From Bryobacteraceae bacterium (GTDB lineage: Bacteria > Acidobacteriota > Terriglobia > Bryobacterales > Bryobacteraceae), in NCBI GenBank assembly GCA_026002855.1, contig BPGD01000001.1:1079972-1143971 (forward strand): DNA of 64,000 bases. Direction: 5' to 3'. Position 1 is the stretch's first letter. Each line of letters begins with the position of its first letter. A program made the position numbers and the translations under genes. The notes beneath the pieces were generated by a model, which did not search any database, was not told the DNA's origin, and worked only from the letters and a program-made list of their open reading frames with translations. Positions 47,637 to 57,018 of this stretch are shown here, in pieces.

Positions 47637-49140
47637 CTTCCTGGGCAGATTTCTGTACGGCCGGCTTTTCGAGCACGATCTCCAGCGTCTGCCGGCTCTG
47701 CTGGCTGATGGGAGGCAGGAAGGACTGCGGGCCGACGCCCATCCACACCATCATCACGATGAGCGGCATCACCAGCGCCCACTCCCGGCCATTCATGTCC
47801 GTCACATGATGGCGCACGGCGTCCGGTGCCGGCCCATAGAAGGCCCGCTGAACCAGCCACAGCATGTAAACGGCAGAGAGGATGACGCCCGTGCCGGCCA
47901 GCACCGCGTAAAGGAACCTCGCCTGTGCCGCTCCCAGCAGCACCAGAAACTCGCCGACGAAGTTGTTCAGCATCGGCAGACCGACGCTCGCCAGCGACGT
48001 AATGACGAACATCGTCGACAGCCAGGGCGCCACCGCGCCCACCCCGCCATAGTCGGCGATCTCGAGCGAGTGCCGCCGCTCATACAGCAGGCCCACCAGA
48101 ATGAAGAGCGCGCCGGTTGAAATTCCGTGATTCAGCATCTGGTAGACGGCGCCGTCCAGCCCTGTCTGGGTGAAGGTGAAGATGCCGAGCACGACGAAGC
48201 CCAGGTGGCTCACCGAGCTGTAAGCCACCAGCCGCTTCATGTTCGGCTGCACCATCGCCACCAGCGCGCCGTAGATGATGCCGGCGATGGCCAGCGCGAT
48301 GATCCAGCCGGCGTTGTCCCGCGCCGCCTGGGGAAACAGCGGCAGCGCCACGCGGACCAGGCCGTAAGTGCCCAGCTTCAGCAGGACGCTGGCCAGCATG
48401 ACCGAGCCGGCCGTGGGCGCCTCGCCGTGCGCGTCCGGCAGCCATGTATGCAGCGGAAACAGCGGAACCTTGATGGCAAACGCGATGAAGAAGGCGAGGA
48501 ACAGCCACAGGCCCTCCTGCGGAGTGAAGCGGAGCTGCCCGGTCCGGATCATGTCCACGAGCAGCGGCAGGTCAAACGTGCCCGTGCGGTTGAAGATCCA
48601 GATCATCGCCGCCAGCATCAACGCCGAGCCCGCCATCGTGTAAAGGAAGAATTTCACCGCCGCGTAGATGCGCCGGTCATGGCCCCAGATGCCAATCAGA
48701 AAATACATGGGCACCAGGGAGACCTCCCAGAAGACAAAGAACAGGAACAGATCCAGCGCCACGAAGACCCCGATCACCCCAAACAGCAGGAACAGCAGAA
48801 AGGCGTGGAACTCCTTGACGCGGTCCTCGATGTGACGCCAGCTCACCAGCACGCAGATCGGCGTCAGGAAGGTTGACAGGATCACCAGCCAGAGGCTGAG
48901 TCCGTCGACGCCCACGTGATACCGGATGGCGGGTGACTCAATCCACGGGACGTTGGTCTCAAAACTGTAGACGGCCGGATGGGCGCGCACCGGTCCGATC
49001 AGGCCGAGCGAGAACAGGAAGACAACCAGCGAAACGAAAAGCGCGAATTTCCGGACCAGGCCGGGGTTGTCCGCAGGCAGTGCCAGCGTCAGCAGCGCCC
49101 CTGCCGCCGGAATCACCAGAAGAATGTCGAGCAGGTTCAC
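47620..49140 (-). CDS. nuoM: NADH-quinone oxidoreductase subunit M
   Basis: GTG at 49140 overlaps the nuoL stop (GTGA). Antiporter-like subunit with the conserved HTWLPDAH motif. Confidence 0.92.
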   Translation of the reverse strand: MNLLDILLVIPAAGALLTLALPADNPGLVRKFALFVSLVVFLFSLGLIGPVRAHPAVYSFETNVPWIESPAIRYHVGVDGLSLWLVILSTFLTPICVLVSWRHIEDRVKEFHAFLLFLLFGVIGVFVALDLFLFFVFWEVSLVPMYFLIGIWGHDRRIYAAVKFFLYTMAGSALMLAAMIWIFNRTGTFDLPLLVDMIRTGQLRFTPQEGLWLFLAFFIAFAIKVPLFPLHTWLPDAHGEAPTAGSVMLASVLLKLGTYGLVRVALPLFPQAARDNAGWIIALAIAGIIYGALVAMVQPNMKRLVAYSSVSHLGFVVLGIFTFTQTGLDGAVYQMLNHGISTGALFILVGLLYERRHSLEIADYGGVGAVAPWLSTMFVITSLASVGLPMLNNFVGEFLVLLGAAQARFLYAVLAGTGVILSAVYMLWLVQRAFYGPAPDAVRHHVTDMNGREWALVMPLIVMMVWMGVGPQSFLPPISQQSRQTLEIVLEKPAVQKSAQEVAHAR

Positions 49141-50987
49141 CGCATTCCTCCCCAGAAGGCCGCCACCGCGATGATGGCCGCCGAACCAAGCACCACCCAG
49201 GCGGCATAACGGCGGATGTAGCCGGACTGCCATTGCCGCAGCCCGGCGCCCACGGCCCGCGCCATCGAGCCGACGCCATTCACCGCACCGTCAACGAGCT
49301 TGGCGTCGACAACGCCCCAGAGCAGCGCGCGCGAGCCGTCGCGGATGGGGTGCACGATCATCGCGTCATAGACTTCGTCCACGTAGTACTTGTTGTAGAC
49401 CAGCCGGTAGAGCGCGCCCAGGCCATGGGCGATTCGGTCCGGCAGGCTCGGCGCAGCCACATAGAACAGCCACGCCAGCAGGATGCCGCCCACGCCGGCG
49501 GCCACGGAGATCGCCACCAGCTTCTCGTCATGTTCCCCGTGGCCCGCGCCAAACAGCGGCGCCAGGTAGTGAGGCACGTTGAAGTAGCCGCCGGCCAGGC
49601 TCAGCAGCGCCAGCACCCCGAGCGGCAGCGTCATCACCAGCGGCGACTCATGCGGGTGCGCGTCGCCGCGGTACGTCCCGAAGAAGCACAGGAAGATCGC
49701 GCGGAAAACATAGAATGCCGTCATGGCCGCCGTCACCACGCCCACCCAGTACATCCACGGCGCATGAGCGTGCGCGGCCAGCAGGATCGCATCCTTGGAA
49801 TGAAACCCCGAAAATGGCGGCACGCCCGCTATCGCCACCGCCGCCGCCAGCAGCACCGTGAACGTCACCGGAATCTTCGAACGCAGGCCCCCCATCATCC
49901 GGAGGTCCTGCTCGCCGCCGAGGGCGTGGATCACGCTGCCCGCGCCAAGGAAGAGCAGCGCCTTGAAAAAGGCGTGCGTCATGATGTGGAAGACCGCCGC
50001 CGAATAGGCGCCCACGCCCAGCGCGAGGAACATGTAGCCGAGCTGGCTCACCGTGGAGTAGGCGAAGACTTTCTTGATGTCAAACTGCGTCAGGCCAATG
50101 GTGGCGGCCAGCACGGCGGTGATCAGGCCGACCACGGCCACCACTTCCATCGCCGTTGGCGAGAGGTTGTACAGCGGCGCCGAGCGGGCCACCATGTAGA
50201 CGCCCGCCGTCACCATCGTGGCGGCGTGGATCAGCGCGCTCACCGGCGTCGGGCCCTCCATCGCGTCCGGCAACCAGACATAGAGCGGCACCTGTGCGCT
50301 CTTGCCGGTGGCGCCCACCAACAGCAGCAGGCAGATCAGCGTCACCGTCTGCGGGTTCAGCACCGCGGCCTCCGCCTGCGCCTGGCCGAACACGGTGGGA
50401 AAGTCGAGCGAGCCGAATGTCAGCGCCGTCAGAAACATTCCCAGCGAGAAACCGAGGTCGCCCACGCGGTTCACGACGAAAGCCTTCTTGCCCGCATCCG
50501 TGGCGCTCTTCTTCAGGTAGTAGAAGCCGATCAGCAGATACGAGCAGAGGCCGACGCCCTCCCAGCCGATAAACAACACCAGGTAATTGGCTGCCAGCAC
50601 CAGCACCAGCATGAAGAACATGAACAGGTTCAGGTAGGCGAAAAAGCGGTCGTAGCCATGCTCGTGCGCCATGTAGCCGATCGAATAGATGTGGATCAGC
50701 AGGCCGATGCCGGTGACCACGAGCAGCATCACCGCCGTGAGCCGGTCCACCATGAAATCGAGGCCCACGGTGAAGGCGCCGCTCTGGATCCAGGTGAAAT
50801 AGCGTTCGGTGTAAGCGGCCTCGAGCGGCTGCAATCCGCTGAGCACCTTCAGCACCCAGAGGAACGACAGCAGCACGCTGCCGACGGCGAACGTGTTGAT
50901 GAGCGGCTTCGGCAGCCTGCGCCCGGCGATCCCGTTGATGAGGAATCCGGCGAGCGGAAATGCGGGAATGAGCCAGAGATGATGCAT
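49137..50987 (-). CDS. nuoL: NADH-quinone oxidoreductase subunit L
   Basis: 616 aa. The WLPDAMEGPTPVSALIHAATMV motif and a C-terminal lateral-helix region. Confidence 0.93.
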   Translation of the reverse strand: MHHLWLIPAFPLAGFLINGIAGRRLPKPLINTFAVGSVLLSFLWVLKVLSGLQPLEAAYTERYFTWIQSGAFTVGLDFMVDRLTAVMLLVVTGIGLLIHIYSIGYMAHEHGYDRFFAYLNLFMFFMLVLVLAANYLVLFIGWEGVGLCSYLLIGFYYLKKSATDAGKKAFVVNRVGDLGFSLGMFLTALTFGSLDFPTVFGQAQAEAAVLNPQTVTLICLLLLVGATGKSAQVPLYVWLPDAMEGPTPVSALIHAATMVTAGVYMVARSAPLYNLSPTAMEVVAVVGLITAVLAATIGLTQFDIKKVFAYSTVSQLGYMFLALGVGAYSAAVFHIMTHAFFKALLFLGAGSVIHALGGEQDLRMMGGLRSKIPVTFTVLLAAAVAIAGVPPFSGFHSKDAILLAAHAHAPWMYWVGVVTAAMTAFYVFRAIFLCFFGTYRGDAHPHESPLVMTLPLGVLALLSLAGGYFNVPHYLAPLFGAGHGEHDEKLVAISVAAGVGGILLAWLFYVAAPSLPDRIAHGLGALYRLVYNKYYVDEVYDAMIVHPIRDGSRALLWGVVDAKLVDGAVNGVGSMARAVGAGLRQWQSGYIRRYAAWVVLGSAAIIAVAAFWGGMR

Positions 50988-50991
50988 CGCG

Positions 50992-51324
50992 TCAGAGCTT
51001 CAGCGAAGAGACTTCGTCGATTTCGAGCGTCGCGCGGTTCTTGAATACCGTGAGGATGATGGCCAGTCCGACGGCGGCCTCGGCCGCGGCCACCACCATC
51101 ACGAAAAAGCTGTAAATGTGGCCGTCCACGTTCTTCAGCATGTGGCTGAAGGAGACGAAGGAGAGGTTCACCGCATTCAGCATCAGTTCGATGCACATGA
51201 AGACGGTGATGATGTTGCGGCGGACCAGGAAGCCCGCGGCGCCGATCACGAAAAGGATCACGCTCAGGATCAGGTACCAGCTCAGCGGCACCTCGGCAGC
51301 GAGCACCTGTGACAGGTCGGGCAT
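50992..51324 (-). CDS. nuoK: NADH-quinone oxidoreductase subunit K
   Basis: Three-TM small subunit with the conserved Glu in MCIELMLNA. An alternative GTG start lies at 51291. Confidence 0.9.
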   Translation of the reverse strand: MPDLSQVLAAEVPLSWYLILSVILFVIGAAGFLVRRNIITVFMCIELMLNAVNLSFVSFSHMLKNVDGHIYSFFVMVVAAAEAAVGLAIILTVFKNRATLEIDEVSSLKL

Positions 51325-51327
51325 GAG

Positions 51328-51822
51328 TCAGATCTCCTTCCGCGCCAGCACCACCGCGCCGACGATCGCAATCAGGATCAGGATCGAGGTGACTTCAAAG
51401 GGCAGCAGCCAGGTGGTGAACAGCGCCCGGCCCACCTCATACGGGCCGGCAGTGAAGCCGCCAAAGCGCACCGCTTCCGTGCGCGGCACCTGCGTGGCCA
51501 GGATGTAGGCGGCCACCCCGGCCAGCGTGAACAGCAGCGGCAGCGCCACGGCCGTGCGCAGCACCTTCCGCGAGGGCCGCTTCTCGGCGCCGGCGTTCAG
51601 CAGCATGATGACGAAAACGAACAGCACCATGATGGCGCCGGCATAGACGATGAGCTGCACCGCCGCCAGAAACTCGCCGCCCAGCAGAAGGTAGAGCACG
51701 GCGAGCGAGCCCATGACGCCGATCAGCGACAGCGCGCTCGAAATCGGGTGCGTCTGAAGCACCAGATTCAGCGCGCAGCCCACCGCAATCGCGGCAAAGA
51801 CGAGGAAGAGCACAACGTCCAT
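51328..51822 (-). CDS. nuoJ: NADH-quinone oxidoreductase subunit J
   Basis: 164 aa with the LIVYAGAIMVLFVFVIMLL motif. Confidence 0.88.
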   Translation of the reverse strand: MDVVLFLVFAAIAVGCALNLVLQTHPISSALSLIGVMGSLAVLYLLLGGEFLAAVQLIVYAGAIMVLFVFVIMLLNAGAEKRPSRKVLRTAVALPLLFTLAGVAAYILATQVPRTEAVRFGGFTAGPYEVGRALFTTWLLPFEVTSILILIAIVGAVVLARKEI

Positions 51823-51841
51823 AGACTTCCCTCAAACCTCT

Positions 51842-53038
51842 TCAGCCCGCCAGCGCAACGATCAGGCCGGTCGCCAGCAGGTTCGCCAGCGCCAGCGGGA
51901 ACATGAATGTCCACGCGAAGCGCATGAGCTGGTCATAACGGAACCTCGGCAGCGTGCCACGGACCCAGATGAAGACGAACACAAGGAAGCCCGCCTTGGC
52001 GACGAACCAGAAAAACGGGATCAGCACGGGCTTCAGCGCCGGGACCAGAAACGCGGGCGACAGCGCCAGCAGAAGAACGCCGAAAACCGGGAACGTGAAC
52101 CGGTCCCATTTGCGCTGCCGCGCCGCCTGGGCCGCGTGATACAGGAGGATGAGCCCGGCGCCGGCGAGCAGCGCCACCGGAACCAGGTCACTGCCGTACT
52201 GCGATGGCCACAGCGGGTGCCAGCCGCCCAGAAAAAGCACCGTGGCCACGCAGCAGATCGTGATGATGTTCGCGTATTCAGCCATGAAAAAAGAGGCGAA
52301 CATCATCGAGGAATACTCGGTGTGAAAGCCGGCCACCAGCTCGCTTTCGGCTTCTGGCAGGTCGAAGGGCACACGGTTGGTCTCGGCAAAGGCGGCAATC
52401 AGGAAGATCAGAAAGGCGAGAATCTGCGGCGCAGGCAGAGCAAAAATGGTCCATTTCGGCAGGAATCCGGCATAAAAGCCGCCCTGCAATTCCACAATCT
52501 GCCGCAGGTTCAGCGTGTTGGTTACCAGCAGCGGACTGGCGATCGCCATCGCCAGCGGCAGCTCATAACTCACCATCTGCGCCGACGAGCGCAGGCTGCC
52601 CATCAGCGAATACTTGTTGTTGGAGGCCCAGCCGCCGATGGCGATTCCATAAACGCCCAGCGAGCTCAGCGCCAGCAGGAAAAGGATCCCGATGTTGAGG
52701 TCGGTGAGCCCGATGGCCGTGCGCACTCCGAACAGCTCGAACTCCGGCGTGAATGGAATCACGACGATCGCCGATAGCGCCAGCGTGACGGCCAGCCACG
52801 GCGCCAGCAGGTAGTAGAACGGGCTCGCATAGGAGGGCACGATGCCCTCCTTGGTGAGCAGCTTGATCAGGTCCGCCAGCGGCTGGAGCAGCCCGTGCGG
52901 CCCCACGCGGTACGGGCCCGGCCGGAGCTGAATGTGCGCCAGCACCTTGCGCTCCACCCAGACGGCGTAGGCGCAGCAGGTGAGCAGCACAAAAGCCGTC
53001 AGGGCCATCTTGGTCAGCGTGAGCACGTAAAAATTCAT
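51842..53038 (-). CDS. nuoH: NADH-quinone oxidoreductase subunit H (with an internal ~55-60 aa hydrophobic insertion)
   Basis: ERKVLAHIQLRPGP, AETNRVPFDLPEAESELVAGFHTEYS and TLPRFRYDQLM motifs. 398 aa, versus roughly 325-365 in textbook homologues. Confidence 0.92.
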   Translation of the reverse strand: MNFYVLTLTKMALTAFVLLTCCAYAVWVERKVLAHIQLRPGPYRVGPHGLLQPLADLIKLLTKEGIVPSYASPFYYLLAPWLAVTLALSAIVVIPFTPEFELFGVRTAIGLTDLNIGILFLLALSSLGVYGIAIGGWASNNKYSLMGSLRSSAQMVSYELPLAMAIASPLLVTNTLNLRQIVELQGGFYAGFLPKWTIFALPAPQILAFLIFLIAAFAETNRVPFDLPEAESELVAGFHTEYSSMMFASFFMAEYANIITICCVATVLFLGGWHPLWPSQYGSDLVPVALLAGAGLILLYHAAQAARQRKWDRFTFPVFGVLLLALSPAFLVPALKPVLIPFFWFVAKAGFLVFVFIWVRGTLPRFRYDQLMRFAWTFMFPLALANLLATGLIVALAG

Positions 53039-55128
53039 GGCACAAGCACCTGGAACAGCCGGCCGGGCGCTTCGATCACCTCGGCGAGTTTCTTCGAATA
53101 CCTGCCGAGCGTGCCCGAGGTAAACAGCGTATCACCCGAGCTCCGCACAAGCTCCGGCTGCGAGTCCACGTCGGCCGGAACGGCGGGCGGCCGGGTCTGG
53201 GCCGCGCCGCCAGTGGCGATCAGCGCCAGCGGCACATTGTAGCCCGGCACCTCGCGGCGGATCTCCTCAAACACCCTGTCCGGCAGCGGCACGCCCAGGT
53301 CGGCGCCAAGCTGCGCCGCCACCAGTGCAAGAATGTCGAGGTCCGACTTCGTGCCCATCACCTTCGGGCCGGCTTTGGTCCTCTGCAACTCGCCGCAGAC
53401 GTTGGTGACCGTCCCGTTCTTCTCATACAGGCTCATCGCCGGGAAGACGATGTCGGCCTGTTCGGCCGTCTCGTTGAGGAACAGCTCGTTCACGATGAGG
53501 AACGCGTCGCGCGCGGCAAAGCGGCGGCCGCCTTTGAGCGGATTGGCGCCAACCACCCAGATGAGGTCGAGGTCGGGCGCTTCGAGCATCGCGTCGAGCG
53601 TCATGCCGGCGATTTCCACCGGGCGGTAGCCGGGCCCGAGATGCGGCAACAGGCCCATGTCCAGGGCGCCCCGCGAATTGGCGTAGTCGACCAGACAGAC
53701 GTATTTCACCGGGATGTCGAGCGAGTCGCCGAAGGCAACCAGCCGGTGCACCGCGTCGCCTTTCACTGTCGGACCGTAGAGCACCACCAGGTTCCGCCGC
53801 GCCTTCAGCTCCTCGCGGAGTTCCTCCAGCCGGCCGGTCTCTTCGCCCGCGGACGCGCGGAGGCTGCGCGCGGCGTACTGATCCTCGCGCACCGGCCCCT
53901 CGGTGATGACGTAGACGGCGGACTGATGATGGCGCCAGTTGGCGCGAAGTTGCACGGCCAGCAGCGGATGCTGCTGCGCGAGATCGGCGCCGAGGACGAG
54001 CGCGGCGTCGCAGGTGTAGAGGTCGTTCACCGTCGCCAGCGCGTCCTTACGTCCGCCAACCAGCCTGAGCAGCGTGATCAGGTCGCCCGAGCGGTGATGG
54101 TCGATGTTGTTCGTCCGCAACACCTGCCGCGCGAACTTCTGAAGGTAGTAGTTCTCTTCGTTGGTCGTGCGGGTGGAGCCGATGACGGCCGCGCGTCCGT
54201 TGCGCCCGATGGAGGCGCGGATGCGGTCAGCCGCCGCCTGGAGCGCTTCGCTCCAGCTGGCCGGTTCCAGCCGTCCGCCGCGGCGCACGAGCGGCGTCTG
54301 AAGCCGCTCGCCGTTGTGCACGAAGTCGAAGGCGAAGCGGCCCTTCACGCAGAGGAATTCGCCGTTGATGCCGGAGCGGTCGCGGTTGTTGGCGCGGATG
54401 ATCTCGCCGTTGCGGACGCTGAGCGTCGTCTTGCACCCGTTCGAGCAGTGCGTGCAGACCGCGGGAACATAGTTCATTTCCCACGGGCGCGATTTGTAGC
54501 GATAGGTGCCCGAGGTCAGCGCGCCCACCGGGCAGACGTCGATGCACCAGCCGCACTCGTCGCATTCGAGATGGTCGCCCCGGTTGGGAATGATCTCGGC
54601 CGAGACGCCGCGGAAGCTGAGCCCGAGCGCGCCCACGCCGAGCCCTTCGTCGCAGACGCGGATGCAGCGGTAGCAGAGGATGCAGCGGGCCGGATCGTAG
54701 AAGACCAGCGGGCTCCACTGCTTTTCGACGTCGTGATGCTTGATCTCGGTGAAGCGGCTTTCCCCGACGCCGTAGCGGAAGGTCATGTCCTGAAGCTCGC
54801 ACTCGCCGCCCTTGTCGCAGACGGGGCAATCGAGCGGGTGGTTCGTCAGCAGGAACTCGAGCATCGACTTCCTGGCCTCGACGACCTTCGGGCTCTCGGT
54901 GTGGATCACCATGCCGTCGGTGGCGGGCAGCGCGCAGGAGGGCTGCAACTTCGGCATCTTCTCCACTTCGACGAGGCACATGCGGCAGGCCGCCTGAACG
55001 CTGAAGCCCTCGTAATAGCAGAAGGCCGGAATGTCGATGCCCGCCTGTTTGGCCGCTTCAATCACGGGCGTGCCCGCGGGCACGGTGACCTGCCGGCCGT
55101 CGATCGTGATCGTCACCATGTTCGCCAT
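53035..55128 (-). CDS. nuoG: NADH-quinone oxidoreductase subunit G
   Basis: N-terminal 2Fe-2S region (CYYEGFSVQAACRMC) and 4Fe-4S motifs (HPLDCPVCDKGGEC; CILCYRCIRVC). Molybdopterin-like C-terminal domain. Confidence 0.92.
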   Translation of the reverse strand: MANMVTITIDGRQVTVPAGTPVIEAAKQAGIDIPAFCYYEGFSVQAACRMCLVEVEKMPKLQPSCALPATDGMVIHTESPKVVEARKSMLEFLLTNHPLDCPVCDKGGECELQDMTFRYGVGESRFTEIKHHDVEKQWSPLVFYDPARCILCYRCIRVCDEGLGVGALGLSFRGVSAEIIPNRGDHLECDECGWCIDVCPVGALTSGTYRYKSRPWEMNYVPAVCTHCSNGCKTTLSVRNGEIIRANNRDRSGINGEFLCVKGRFAFDFVHNGERLQTPLVRRGGRLEPASWSEALQAAADRIRASIGRNGRAAVIGSTRTTNEENYYLQKFARQVLRTNNIDHHRSGDLITLLRLVGGRKDALATVNDLYTCDAALVLGADLAQQHPLLAVQLRANWRHHQSAVYVITEGPVREDQYAARSLRASAGEETGRLEELREELKARRNLVVLYGPTVKGDAVHRLVAFGDSLDIPVKYVCLVDYANSRGALDMGLLPHLGPGYRPVEIAGMTLDAMLEAPDLDLIWVVGANPLKGGRRFAARDAFLIVNELFLNETAEQADIVFPAMSLYEKNGTVTNVCGELQRTKAGPKVMGTKSDLDILALVAAQLGADLGVPLPDRVFEEIRREVPGYNVPLALIATGGAAQTRPPAVPADVDSQPELVRSSGDTLFTSGTLGRYSKKLAEVIEAPGRLFQVLVP

Positions 55129-55146
55129 CGCTTCAGGCCCTCCGCG

Positions 55147-56487
55147 CTAACCGAGCACCGGCAGCGGCTGCGTGCCCGGCACGGGCGCAAACGCCCCGGC
55201 CCCCCGGATGCGGTCGAGGATTTCCTCGCGGAACTTGCGCACAATCGCCATCGCCGGCATCGCCGCGGCGTCGCCCAGCGGGCAGAAAGTGCGGCCGAGC
55301 ATGTTCTGCGCGATGTCGTCGATCAGCGCAATGTCGCGCTCACTGCCCAGCCCGTCTTCCAGCCGCGAGGTGATCTTCTTCAGCCAGGTGGTGCCTTCGC
55401 GGCAGGGGATGCACCAGCCGCAGCTTTCGTGCGCGTAGAACTTCATCAGCCGCGCCAGCACCTTCGTCATGTCGGCAGTCTCGTCGAGCACGACCGTTGC
55501 GCCGGAGCCGAGCATGGAGCCGGCTTTCGCCAGCGAATCGTAGTCGGCCGGGATGTCGCACTCGTCGGCCTTGAGCACCGGCGAAGAGCTGCCGCCGGGG
55601 ATCACCGCCTTCAGCCTCCGGCCCTTCCAGACCCCGCCGCCGATCTCGTTGATGATCGTCAGCAGGTTCATCCCCAGCGGAACCTCGTAGACGCCCGGCC
55701 GCTCGATGTGGCCCGACAGGCACACCAGCCGGGTGCCGCCGTTGCGCGGCGTGCCGAGCGAAGCATACCATTCGCCGCCGTTGAGGATGATGTCCGGCAC
55801 GGCGCAGAACGTCTCCACGTTGTTCAGGATGGTCGGGCACTGGAAGGCGCCCGAAGTGGCCGGAAATGGCGGTTTCAGCCGCGGGTTGCCGCGCTTGCCC
55901 TCGAGCGATTCAAGCAGCGCCGTCTCCTCGCCGCATTCGTAGGAGCCAGCGCCGGTATGGGTCGACAGATGGAACTCCCAGCCCGTGCCCAGCACGTTCG
56001 CGCCCAGAAAGCCACGCGCGTAGGCCTCTTCGATGGCGCGGTCCATGATCTCGATGTATTCGCGGTACTCGCCGCGGATGTAGATCCAGCCGCGGCAGGC
56101 GCCGATGGCGCGCGCCCCAATGAGGACGCCCTCGATGAGCCGGTGCGGGTCATAGCCCATCAGGATGCGGTCCTTGCAGGTGCCCGGCTCGCCCTCGTCC
56201 GCATTGACGACAACGTACTTCGGCTTCGGCGAGCGGCGGTCGACGAAGCTCCACTTCATCCCGGTGGGAAAGCCGGCGCCGCCGCGGCCGCGCAGGCTGG
56301 ATTTCTTCACTTCCTCGACGATGGCCTCGGGCTCCATCGTCATCGCCTTGCGGATGGCCTCGTAGCCGCCGGTTTGCAGGTATTCGTCGATCCAGACGGG
56401 CTCGGTGCGCGGATACTCGAACCGGCGCGTCAGCACCCGCTTCTCGAGCGGATGCGGAGGAACCAGCAGTGTCTGCTTCATCGTCAT
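55147..56487 (-). CDS. nuoF: NADH-quinone oxidoreductase subunit F
   Basis: FMN/NADH motifs GRGGAGFPTG and NADEGEPGTCKDR. N3 cluster motif ESCGWCIPCREG. Confidence 0.95.
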   Translation of the reverse strand: MTMKQTLLVPPHPLEKRVLTRRFEYPRTEPVWIDEYLQTGGYEAIRKAMTMEPEAIVEEVKKSSLRGRGGAGFPTGMKWSFVDRRSPKPKYVVVNADEGEPGTCKDRILMGYDPHRLIEGVLIGARAIGACRGWIYIRGEYREYIEIMDRAIEEAYARGFLGANVLGTGWEFHLSTHTGAGSYECGEETALLESLEGKRGNPRLKPPFPATSGAFQCPTILNNVETFCAVPDIILNGGEWYASLGTPRNGGTRLVCLSGHIERPGVYEVPLGMNLLTIINEIGGGVWKGRRLKAVIPGGSSSPVLKADECDIPADYDSLAKAGSMLGSGATVVLDETADMTKVLARLMKFYAHESCGWCIPCREGTTWLKKITSRLEDGLGSERDIALIDDIAQNMLGRTFCPLGDAAAMPAMAIVRKFREEILDRIRGAGAFAPVPGTQPLPVLG

Positions 56488-56515
56488 CTCCTCGCCCTGG
56501 CGTTGCGGGACTGCA

Positions 56516-56998
56516 TTACTGCGTCTTCCTCAGGCTCTCGATCAGCCGGTCGAACTTCTCCGGCGTCATCTGATAGTGGAACTCGTAGTTGACCTGAAGC
56601 GCCGGCCCCCAGGAGCACGCCCCGAGGCACTCGACTTCCTCAAGCGAAAACTCACCGTCCGGCGTCTTTTCCCGGTTGCGGATGCCAAGCCGGCGGCAGG
56701 CATGCTCGAACAGCTCCTCGCCGCCGGTCAGCATGCAACTGATGTTGGTACAGACCTGGATGTGATGCCGGCCGCGCGGCTCGCGCGTCAGCATCGTGTA
56801 ATAGCCGAGCACTTCCTCCACTTCGACGCGCGTCAGTTTCAGCCGCTTCGCCACCTCCTCGATCACTTCTTCGGTGACGGCGCCCACTTCATCCTGCGCG
56901 TACAGCAGCATGGGGATCAGCGCCCCTTTCTGCCGTCCGGGCGGATAATTGCCGATCATTTTCGCGAATCTGGCTTCGAGTTCCGGCGAAAACGTCAT
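56516..56998 (-). CDS. nuoE: NADH-quinone oxidoreductase subunit E
   Basis: 2Fe-2S ligands in VCTNISCML...CLGAC. Confidence 0.93.
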   Translation of the reverse strand: MTFSPELEARFAKMIGNYPPGRQKGALIPMLLYAQDEVGAVTEEVIEEVAKRLKLTRVEVEEVLGYYTMLTREPRGRHHIQVCTNISCMLTGGEELFEHACRRLGIRNREKTPDGEFSLEEVECLGACSWGPALQVNYEFHYQMTPEKFDRLIESLRKTQ

Positions 56999-57018
56999 GA
57001 CTGGATTCTCCCGCGGCT

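Noticed and set aside
53641-56592. 983-aa plus-strand ORF across nuoG/nuoF; similar ORFs lie at 48933..51044, 41828..43591 and 62200..63852
   Set aside because: All are antisense to strongly conserved membrane or Fe-S proteins. They show the Arg/Ala/Gly/His/Asp-rich composition expected from reverse-frame reading of GC3-rich genes.
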